Of a DNA stretch of 64,000 nucleotides, positions 51,829-63,800 are shown piece by piece. A model generated the notes under the pieces. That model had not been told where the DNA came from. It did no database searches and worked only from the letters and a program-made list of their open reading frames with translations. The translations under genes were made by a program, and so were the position numbers. Numbering within the stretch: position 1 is the first letter of the stretch; each line of letters starts with the position of its first letter. Source of the stretch: Octopus bimaculoides (taxonomy: Eukaryota); the NCBI RefSeq assembly GCF_001194135.2, contig NC_068997.1, positions 6,844,120 to 6,908,119 on the forward strand, given 5' to 3'.

Positions 51829-54800
51829 TATATAACATCTGTTTTCCATGCTGGCATGGGTTGGACAGTTTGACAAGAGCTGGCAAGCCAAAAAGCTACA
51901 GCAGGTTCGCATTGGCTGTTTTCACGTGGTTTCTACTGCTGGGAAGCCCTTCCTAATGCCAACCACTTTACAGAATGCAGTGAATGAGGGAGAGAGAGAG
52001 ACATAGACAGACAGACAAAGAATATATATTGATAGCAAGCAATAGAAAACAAAATTGTCATGCTCCCCATTTCTCTCTCTCTCTCTCTCTCATTCTCACA
52101 CACACACATGCATCAGGTAGTCAATGAACAGAGTAGTTAAAGTATTAATTAGAATACTTTGCAACATTTGTTCTGGTCCCCTACACTCCAAGTTCAAACC
52201 CTGCCAAGAACAACTTTGCCTTTTGTTTATTTGGGGAGTCAAAGAATAAAATGCCAGTCAAGTACTGCGGTTGATTCTCGTCTCTCTGAAAGAAAGTGGT
52301 GTGCTCAGATCTGGACAAAGACCCTGTCAGAAGTTGAGAACTCCATCGTAACCCATCATACACAAACACATACACATACACATAAGCATATAAACACACA
52401 GGCACACACATAGACATACACATAGACATACACACATAGACATACACATAGACATACACATAGACATACACACAGAGCACTGTGAGTGTTGAATATAAAA
52501 TTGAAGAAGGGTGAGTCAGAAATTCCTCACCAGTTGAACGATGAGGTTTCCCAACCAACATTACTTTCTTTTTACATTTGCCCTTCAAGGTACCACAAGC
52601 TGAAGAGTGCAGTGTACTGCATGGGATTTTGCCATGTCTCTTAATACACACACACACACACACACAAACAGGCATCATATCTGAGAGGGCCAACCTTTTA
52701 AATATTTTCATTCACAGTCTGCCTTTGACAATGGGTACATTCACCCAGCACAAGAACAAAGTAGTTCCTGTGTGGTCGGTCACTCGACCTGCAAGAAATA
52801 ATAGCCAAATTTCCTCAAAACTACCATATTATCTCAAAAAAGGAGAGACACATTGCAGTCTGAGATCTGTAGACCCTCAGGGTTGGGGGGAGGGTCCATA
52901 GAGCTAGTAACAAGGGTCAGAGAGCTTAATTCAAAATTTGTTGAAGAGACACCTTTGAAAACCTAGGAAAGTCTGTAAGGGAACTAATTTATATTTTTTT
53001 AAAAAATGCTTTTAGTAGCAAAAATGTTGGAAACCACTGTTCTAGATATATGTACTGACATTCTGTCAGTTATGGATGTCAAGTGTTCCATTTGACCCAA
53101 TCAACAGAAGAACCTGCTCGTGAAATTAATGTGCAAATGGCTGAGCACTCTACAGACACACGTAACCCTTAATGTAGTTCTTAGGGAGATTCAGCATGAA
53201 ACTGAATGTGACAAGGGTTAAGGTTTTTTGAAATACAGGTACTATTCACTTTTGCCAGCCAAGTGGACTAGAGCATCAGAAAAATAAAGTGTCTTGCTCA
53301 AGGACACGATTTGTCACCAAGAAAATTGAACTCATGATTGAGAGCAAAATACCCAAACCACTGAGCCATACACCTTCACTCTAGATCTACAGTGACAGAA
53401 TCACCTCACCTAGGATACTTTGACCCATAGCTCCAACTTTGGGCCAAACAATTCTGTAGTAAGAACATTGCCAAAAAACAAATTCCCTGCTTACATCAAT
53501 AGTTTCTCAACTCTTTCTAATCAACCAATTCTCACATCCAATGAATCTCATAACAACTTATTTACAATTGTTAATCCTACACACAACCAGATTCAACATC
53601 GACCTTGCATGCAAAGAGAAAACTTCTCTCTATTGCCAAGAGAGATAACATGTCACTTCTTTTTTTTTCTACCCACATGGTCTTTTAGCCCATTTATATA
53701 AATACTTGTTCAAGACTGCTCGTGCTGTTGTTAGCTATTCTAGTGTTTCCAGCTACTTCATATTTTGATTTCCTGTCAGTCTAACAGAGACTTTGCTGTC
53801 TCTTTTATGAAGCTACTGTTTGAAAAGATAACACAATACAGAATTTTTGCATTTTCCACTCTCACATAAACAAGACCATTTCCCTAGTGATATTAACAAT
53901 CTTGATATTGACCATGAAATCACCAAACAAAGGACACTAGTTCTAAAGTACTTTGTGATGGCCTCAAGGACCAGGATGAAGAGAAGTGGATGGGAGACAA
54001 TATTAGACCAACAAGCCCACTAATGCGTTTGTTGTTATTTTCTCACAAGAATTTACATTATTTACATTTAAAATGTTACAAGTAAATTAATTCTTAATTA
54101 ATAAAGTTGGCTGGACATCTCTATATTCATTTTAGATAAAGAAATTCAAAGGATTGCTTGGTATAATGGAGGAACATCAGTCATGTTCACACAAGGTGTG
54201 GGTTTGAGTCCCATGGGCAAAACTTCAACTTTTCCATCTAAAGTACTTTTTTTAACCCAATTCAACTTTGCTGTTTGTTATAGTTTTATCTACTTGGAAT
54301 TCCACTGTTAAAAACGATTTATTTCATACCTCTCTAAGTTTCTAAATTCTTCTGACATAAGCACAATATAAATATACACACACACACACATATATATATT
54401 ATATNNNNNNNNNNNNNNNNNNNNNNNNNNNNNNNNNNNNNNNNNNNNNNNNNNNNNNNNNNNNNNNNNNNNNNNNNNNNNNNNNNNNNNNNNNATATAT
54501 ATATATATATACATATATAGGATATGAGGGGTTTAGTTCACTGGTGATCTAAATGAATAGGTACGCTGAGTAAGTGTTATAATTGGTCATCCGTTAGGTT
54601 CCAAGTTCACAGCTGAAGCTGGAGCTAGGGATCTGTATTAGGCTTCTGTGTTAGCAGGTATATGTTAGAGGAAAAAGGACAAAAACCAAAGTAGGACGAG
54701 CCTTGATATCCCAGAAACAGCTGTAAGACTTTAAATCAACCTTACCCTAATTATATTATTATAAATGACTTGAGATACTTGTCTTGCCTTGGTTCTTTTA

Positions 54801-57800
54801 CGTCCTTTTCCTCTACTATATATCATCATCATCGTTGTTTAACGTCCGCTTTCCATGCTTGCATGGGTTGGACGTTTTGACTGAGGATTGGCGAGCCAGA
54901 AAGCTGCATCAGGCCCCAATCTGATCTGGCAGAGTTTCTACAGCTGGATGACCTTCCTAACTCCAACCACTCCGAGAGTGTAGTGGGTGCTTTTTACATG
55001 CCACCAGCATCGGAGCCAGTTAGGGGGCACTGGCAGGAACAGTGTTATTAATCATGTGGATTCCCAGGTCACACATCAAAATCTGGCCCCAGGATTGCAC
55101 TGGTCCTATGTATTCCAGTTGAATCTGTTTGTGGGCTGACAATAGAGTTCTTCAAACTTCCCAGCATTGAACTGCATGTTATTTTCATCAGTATATTGCA
55201 TTCAGGTCTTGTTGCAGTTTTAGGGTGTTATTAAGGTCCTTCACTGCTTGTGATATGAAAAGGTGCTGGTAGATATTCCATACAGTGTACTCAATGCAAA
55301 TTATGGACACATAGAAGGCGCCATGGAATCACAGGAAGGTTGAACAGAAAATGTTGACTTTGTTTGTGGCAGATACGTAGGTCCAATAAACACTATGAGC
55401 AGCACAGAGGAAGTAGATGTTCTAGAAAGCCTAGGTGACCATATTAGCAGTGGAGGAGGATGCTCTGAAAGTATAGTTTCTAGAATAAGAACTGGTCAGA
55501 GGAAGTTCAGAGAATTATTACCTCTGAGGGTAACAAAAGCTTCTCTCTCAAAGGAAAAGGCAGATTGTTGGATGCCTGTGTACAAACAGTAATGCTACGT
55601 GTAGTAAAACTTGGGCTGTAGATGCAGAGGACATGCAAAGACTAGAAAGCTAGCAAGCTCCAATGGCTATGAGACATCAGTGTTCATGTATGACAAAATG
55701 TAAATGCATTGAGAGAGAAAATTAGGCATAACAAGTGTTATATTTGGTGTGCAGGAGAGAAGATTGCACTGGTATGGTCATATGATGCCAATGGATGAGG
55801 ACAGTGGTATAAAGAACTACCAACAGTTAAACATGGAAGGAACCTGTGAAAGAGGGAGACCCAGAAAAATGGAAAATGAAATGGTGAAGGCTGACCTCAA
55901 GATGTTCTACATGTGTAATTTCGGCATTAGAGGATCAAAATCTGTGGCAAAGCTTTTCCTCAGTCCTTATAAAAGATATTCTTAATCTGAAATGTTTTAT
56001 TATTACTGACCAACAACAAATCTCATTTTAAACATTGTTAACCACAGTAATGTTCCTTTGGGGGAAGTGTAATTGGCATAGAATGTGGGCATTCCACACT
56101 AGATGCTTTATGTGAAGTTGAGAGACTCATATTTCCAAATTTAAATCTTTTTAAGTTGAACTTTATATTTTATTCCTATAGTAATCAATAAAGTGATTAC
56201 AGCAACGAAGACATAAGTTAACCAGTCAGAAACACACAAAGAGTTTTCACTTCACTTAAACATTTATAATATGGTATCAAAATTTTCACCATATTACAAA
56301 TAAATGTTTAAGCAAAATTGACAATGTTCGAGTGTTTGTGAGTGGTTGACTTGTGTCTTCCATACTGTAATCACTTGAGTTTCAGCAGACAATCTCAGAT
56401 CAAAACACTTGCCATGCAAGTACATCTCAGTATCAATAAAGTAATGCCAATAATATATGACGATATAACTATGAATCGAGACCACAAGACTAACAATATG
56501 CTAAAGCATTTAATCTTTTCCCTACCACAAAGTTATTTCTAGTTAGCTTCTTTTCATGCTCCCTACATTATGTTAACACAGCTATTGCATTTTTCACATG
56601 GATGGTGCCTCTGAATAATATTCTGTATATTATCATTTCATGTGCATACACCAGCCAATGTACAATATAATACATTTACTTAGTGAGTCTTTCATTACTA
56701 CTTCAGCAAGTCCAATTAACTCAATGTTTTAATGATTAGGTCATAATTACACAGAAACACATTATAGAGTTGTCTCATCTACTTGTTAAAATAACTAAAA
56801 TAATATTATAGCAGAAGAGATAGAATTGATTATCTTTATGAAAACAAAACTTCAGTTTCTGTTTTTATTTCTTTTGTAATTACACAGCTTTGATACTGTG
56901 CTGCAATATTCAATATCAATTAAATTCATTTTAATTTTGTAATAATACAGAGATACTATGGTATCTCTGTATTACCAAAATTAACAAATTTCGTAGATAA
57001 TGAACAATGTGATCATTATCATAACATTTTCAAAATAATCTTAAACGCAATCCTTCCTCTGATATTAGTCCAGGTTGACTAATATAATTTTCTTTCTTCT
57101 TGTCATGTCTCCGATTAGCTGCTTACTCTTCCTAGCATTTAACATGTTAACATTAACTTAACTATTATTTTAACAATTCAACCCTTCTTTATGTGTTTGC
57201 ATCTCAGAGGATTAAAATATCAACACATTCATCGATGTTTCCTTGATATGCTAGACAGTTCCCATCTCTGTTCTTACCTACTTTATCATAAGATTAAGTA
57301 GGGCAACAGAAGTTTAGTACCTCACTCCAAACAGAGCACTGCACTAATAATGGATAATCCAATAAGCTAAGCCTACTAAACTGCCTGCTTTAAGACTACT
57401 ACCTGCTTCTTGGATTTTTTTTAGCAAAACTTCCTGCAGATGCTCAGTTTGTGTATTGGCTGCAATCTTATCAGTTCTGAAAGGTCTTGCCTATCATGAA
57501 CTCGGATCTTCTTCCACTGATTAATCTATAAAAAGAATCAAACATTATCCATTCAGCCATTACAACTGATCAGTTTAATTCCATCATACACCAATGAGTC
57601 TCAAAGCAGTGTTGACTCAAAATTCACTCATAACCAAAAATTACAGGTCCATAATATTTTTTATAAAATTCAATTTTTTTTCTTTTTTATCTGAAATAAC
57701 CACATCCTTATATTGTAGAATTTGATAGTCAAATTGATTAGATATCGGACTAGTAGCTCAACGATTTTGAGTTCAAATCTACTTTAGACACTGTATTTGG

Positions 57801-60800
57801 TCAAAGATAGTCTACATAACTGCAATTCACTGAGCTGTCAGTAATAGCAACCAGATCATCTGAGAATATTATCTTTGATAGAATAATGATCTATTTTGGA
57901 ATACATCTTTAAAATGTCTGCTTAATACCACAAAATTAAAACCTATCACCAACTCTGAAGTTGGTTCAAGTTTTATGATTCTTATGCTTGTTTTGTTTTT
58001 TGTCTTTTTATAAATATCTAAATGATGTTAGTCTCAACATTGGAATAATCTTGATGTATATTTTCTATTGAAGAACAAATTAATTTTCACCTAATTTGAA
58101 CATATTACACAATGTCTCTAAGTTCATCAGTTTTTAGTTCAACTCCACATAAAATCTCCTGTTATGTTATTTGGATAGTACATCTAATTCTTCATACCTT
58201 AATTCAATAGGAATAGACACCCACTTTTCACAGATTAATAACATCAGAATAGCATCCTACACAGAGATAGATTTATCTATTAAACACTGGAATCCGTGAA
58301 AGTGATGCTAAGCACCAATTCTTTTGAACAGTTTCACACTAAGGAGACATGTAGACTGATAAAAGTGTTATTGATCACAGTGTCAACATGAAGTCGAGAC
58401 AGAAAAAATATGTTGATTGAAAACTAATGAAAATCCTAATAAAATTAAGTTTTTCAATTGTCATATATAATCATAAATTTTGTTATTATGACCTTCACCC
58501 ATATGTTATGACCTTCACCTTCCTCACAGACACATGATTACATTATCACCATTGTTTAAATATCTGCCTTTCCTTGTTGGTATTGGTTGATCCCCCATGA
58601 AGTAAGGTCTATGTCTTTCTGTATTCTCTTTCCTCACATTTGTAGGGATCAACATTCGGAGGCCTAATCTTATCACTTCCACCAAATCTATTTTGGTTTT
58701 CTACTTCATCCTCTGGACTCTTAGGTACCTTAGGCAGACAAATCACAAATCCCTTCAGGTAGATGGCCCTGCTCAATCTGTAGAAAAGGTGTAGGTAGAA
58801 ACTATATGATGTACCCAGTGTAAGCTATGGACACATAAGAGGTGCAGCAATATCAAAGGAAGGCGAACTAGGAAGATAGTTTTTGTATGTGGCAGATGCT
58901 CAGGAGCAATAAACACTAAAAATGTGCAGAGAACAACTTCCGCCACATTCCAGGGAGAAAAACTAGAAGTAGTTGAGAGCTTCTGTTACCTAGATAACCA
59001 AGTCAGTAGCAGGGAAGGATGCGCTGAAAGTGTAGCTGCTAGAATAAGAATAGCCTGGGCAAAGTTCAGAGAGCTCTTACCTCTGCTGGTCAGTCACAAT
59101 AGTGTGGTGTGATAGACAAAAGCACTTCATAAACAATATCCATTGGCAACTTACCATTCATCATTTAAGATTCATTATTCTGTCCAACATAATGGCAAAA
59201 GTACTTGAGGTTGTATGCATGCTCATAGTTTTTAATCATTTCATTGTTATACAGAAAAACACTTTAAGAAGCAAGCCACGGAAACTTGGATATGAATTTC
59301 TTAGTTTTTTAACTGTTCTAACAAGACATGACAAAAGAAACAGTTAATTGCCTTTTTCACTTGAAACAATGTCAACGCATACACAAACAACAATATGTAC
59401 TTTGAGACATTTACCACACCAGGAACATGTGATAGGTGGTCGAAGACAAGAATCTCACAGCTAAGTTGGCCATCTATGGATTTCATCTATCTCTCATATT
59501 TTGGGCGGGAACTTTTCAGACAGATCTCATCCTACTCTGAATACAAATATCAAGCTGCCACCATTAACAACAACAACAACACACATAACTAAGCAGCTGA
59601 GATATCACGCTTCATTTAACCATCGAGACATACGTATTACCCACAAGCAACCACAACAACTCACTTCAAAGCTGTTCTGCTTCAAGGAATAGACCCTTCG
59701 TAAGCATTCCTCAACAGGCCTTGGTGTCTTTTTCAACAAGCACAAAGACACAGTCACTACACATATCACAGAGATGATTGTTTGCCTTCCTTTCTCTAGT
59801 ATTGGACAATTCACAATTAAAACCCCACCAAAGTTGCTAGGCCTCACAACCTCCAGTCATTTCATTCAGAACATAGCAGAAACTGTATCTCAAACACTAA
59901 GCTTTCCTTTTTTGTAGCCAGAAAAAAATTGACAAAAATTCTCTCTCTGATCTCCAGACACACTTTCTCCTTACTCAGCCACTCTGGATAAATGGTTAAG
60001 AAGTTTGCTTTGCAGGTCTCTGATTTGATTCCACCATGTGGACATGTTGGACAAGAGTCTTTTATTAGTTTCGGGTCAAACCAAAACTTGAGTGAAATTA
60101 GGTAACTATAGAAACTATGTGGAAGCTCATGAGATGGCTTGCACAGTAACTTAAAAATGCAGCCTTGTCAAACGCACTGTATCATGCGGATTCTTAGGGT
60201 ACATGTGTCTGTGGAATACCCAACCACTTACATGAGCAGATTATGATTGAGTAAATGAATAGTCATCATGAAACTGACTGAGATCCATTACAACAGATTC
60301 TGCCCTTCTGAACCAGGTAATGCCCCGCCATCTCCTTTACTTCAACACCACATTGAACCCTAACCCTATCGATTTCAACAGAATCTAAAGACCTGCAAAG
60401 ACCAGAGACTGTCTCTTCTAACTAAGCCTTAAGAAATACATTTTCATACTTTAAATCACTTGTAACAAGTTTCAGAGCCTATACATATTCATGCAAACAG
60501 TAGAGCGGTTGATGTTAGAGAGGACATCCAGTCATAGAAACCTCGTCCAATTTGACATCACAGTCGTCTGATCAGTTGGATGTTGTTGAACCTAGCCAAC
60601 CCATGCCAACATGGAATACGGGCATTAAGCGACGACGACGATGATGCTGATATACACACGCACAAAGATATACAACATATATAGATACAAATATACCTGT
60701 ACTAATAAATACAAAGACACACATAAATACTTATATATAACACGTACTATGCGCACACGGGTGTGTGTGTGTGTGCGCGTATGTATGTCTACCAAATAAA

Positions 60801-63800
60801 ATAAAAAAGCAAGCTTCATTATAAAATATAGTTGGGATAGGCTGTCTTTTGCTATTGTTGTTGAATAAATGTACCATGAAGTTTTCTATTATTAAAAATT
60901 TGTAAAGAAAAGATTACATTATTTTTTAAAATGCGTAGAATATCCTTAGGGATTCTGAAGCTCTCATATCAATCCACACAGAACTGGTTGTTACCGTTAC
61001 AGAAAAAAAGATTTGTATTTCTTGCATGAAAGTGAAAGACAGTGTAAAAAGTTGTTTTAAACGCTACTAAGAATGAAATCAGTTAATCTCTAATCAATCA
61101 CCTTGGTGGTTTAAAACTAAACTTATATAACGTAACACTATATCGCCTGCCTTCACGATTTATTGAAAACAAAAGCATTTGAATGACCTCTGCTTACAAA
61201 TCGTATGAACATTTTGTATTTATAGGATTCCGTTAAAAAAGAAAAATGAGAAATGTTCCTACATTTTTAATAACTATGCGTGCACAGGCTCTATTTTGCA
61301 AGAATACCCAATATTTCTTTATTGTCAGAACTTATGGGGGGAAAAAGAAAGAAAGAAGTGAATTATGGTCAATTACACGTAGTATTACTCCATATTACTC
61401 AAAAAGAAAAAAAATTTACTATATTTGAAAATCAGTAAATTCCTTAACACTGAATGAAATGTGGTTGAGTAATGAAGGTACAATTCATACATCGATTTCA
61501 TTTAAAATATAAGATAAAAATTCTTTATCACCCAAAGGAATATTGTCCATCAAGACTGCCCTATTATTATTATTATTATTATTATTATCAGTGAGAAGGT
61601 TCTGGGAATTCTCCTACGAAACATTACAAGTAATTGTATGATATATAATAATAATAAACACTAATTTAACCGTTTTTAATTGTTTACATACAAGTGCTCA
61701 TTTATAATTCACTTAAGTAAATAATCTAAACCTAACCAAGCGCTTGTGACGAGTATAACTTTAATTAATTAAGAGTTTAGTCGAATCGAAAGGAATTAAA
61801 TATTATTGAACAACGCTAAAATGAAAAAGCTCAATGTATAAGATGACCAAAACATAAAATAGAAGTTGTATGAAATGCGCAAAACCAAACACAAGGAAGT
61901 CTGTACAGGGTCGTTCGATCTGCCAAATACAGAAACTAAATTTCCCACGTATCATATACTATCCTTTCAGAAAATGGGTACATTGAATATAGCCCGGAGT
62001 ATACAAATCCTGGAAAGAAATGATGAGATGGTCATGGCTAGAATGCCTTTCGTTATATATCTGATCGATCAGAACCAAGTTGAGGGGAGGGGGTGGGTGA
62101 AAAACCCCAAAATTGTTTCAAAGCCTAGCCATCAACAACAAGAGAAAATAAAACAAGATCCTGTCTTCTATTAATAGTTTGGAACTAACCATTGATGGAG
62201 GAAAAATAAAACTTTGATAATGGAAATACTTTCATGTACATTAAAAACTAATATTAGCAATTTATTTACATTGCTTTAATTTTGTCACATGGGAACTCAG
62301 TATCGCTACAGCATCAAATAAGCATTAAAAGAAAAGCTGAAGAAAGCGATTTTCACAGCTGATTAACACGATCCAGATATTACAAGTTAAAAGTAAACAA
62401 CAATTTAAAAGAAACTGTTAAGTAAGGGATCGAAATATTTTATTGTTTCAACGAAACATGAATGATTGTTTGCCAGAAAATGGGAGAGAGTGACATCCCT
62501 CGTGACCCGCCCCTGCAATACAACAGTTCTTCTTCTTCTCTGTTCTCTTAATGAAAAGTTAAGAACAGGAAGTAGCGAGTGGTGGACATGTAGGGGAAAT
62601 AATCGCAACATGGCCAACAACTTGGCTGCAAGTTGAGGACGACTATTATTCAACAAGCTGAACCGATTCATTCAACTTCACAACGATTAACCGAGCGGAG
62701 AAATACACATGTGATGTGTGAAGATGAACATTCGGATAACACAAAGAGTTAATTGGCTTTTTACATGATTTCCCACCACAACAAGGCACAACTAGCAAAC
62801 ATAAATATGATTGATTTATACAACACTAACGATGTAACGTTATATTTCTCAAAATCTATTTCCAATGTCTTGCAACAAATATAAAAATCAGGATGCGAAT
62901 TGATTGAAAATACATTGCTCTGTGCATTTCCGTCCTAATGCTGTTGCAGGAAAGATATAAAAAGGATCCACGTGTTTAAGCAACAGATAACAAAGTTCAC
63001 TGATTGCAATCGTAAAAAATTGAAGTAATAATTATTTTTGAAAAATATTAACTAATTGAACATCAAAATAGGAAGGAGAATGAAATTATAAAAAAACATT
63101 TGTTTCGAAATAATATCTTTACGTGCGAGAAAAATGATAGCTTATGACAATCTCGAAATTGTAGCAGCCGAATTAAAAGAGAATATAGATTGAGATTTCA
63201 TAATTATATCGAGGAGATTACTGGAGCATCAAGGATATCAGGGTTAGCCAACAACATAGATAAAAGAGGCGTGAAAAACAGACATTTAGATTTGTTTCAT
63301 TAAGGAGTGACGTACATTCCGAGTTATAAGAGTAACAATATATTAAAGAAGCTCCTTCCTATTTCGCTGCTGAATTTCACAACCACCAAACGGGATATGT
63401 AAGTTCGAATTAAACACGACCGAACGGTCACATTTACAAAGCAATAAATTATTAGAGATCGAAAAACTGTAGACCTATATTTACCACGAGAGAAATCTAG
63501 GAACGATCCACAAATCATGAATCGGGTAAAAAGTTAGGTTTACGACCAAAAGAGGAACCAGAAAGAATTTCCAATGCAACCAACATCGCCTCAGACTTAC
63601 GACTGTTTACAAAGTTGAGCGATGACAATGTTAACGAAGACACCAAAGAACTGATCCAACTTACTCTTCTTCTGACGGCGCTGATGTAAGGGCCGTGTCC
63701 ACCTGTTCTTCAGTTCTCTCGACGTCAGCAGAAAAGGGATCGAATTCGTCTTGTTGCAAGCCACAGTTGGAATTGTCGACGGTATGTTTCAGCTCCGCCA

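Noticed and set aside
62405-62671. 88-aa minus-strand ORF in intron 1
   Set aside because: No recognisable motif and no splice link to RASA1.
63595-63664. Second perfect GTAAGT donor 64 nt downstream of the exon 1 donor
   Set aside because: Extending exon 1 hits an in-frame TAA immediately (gag taa), so it cannot be productive.
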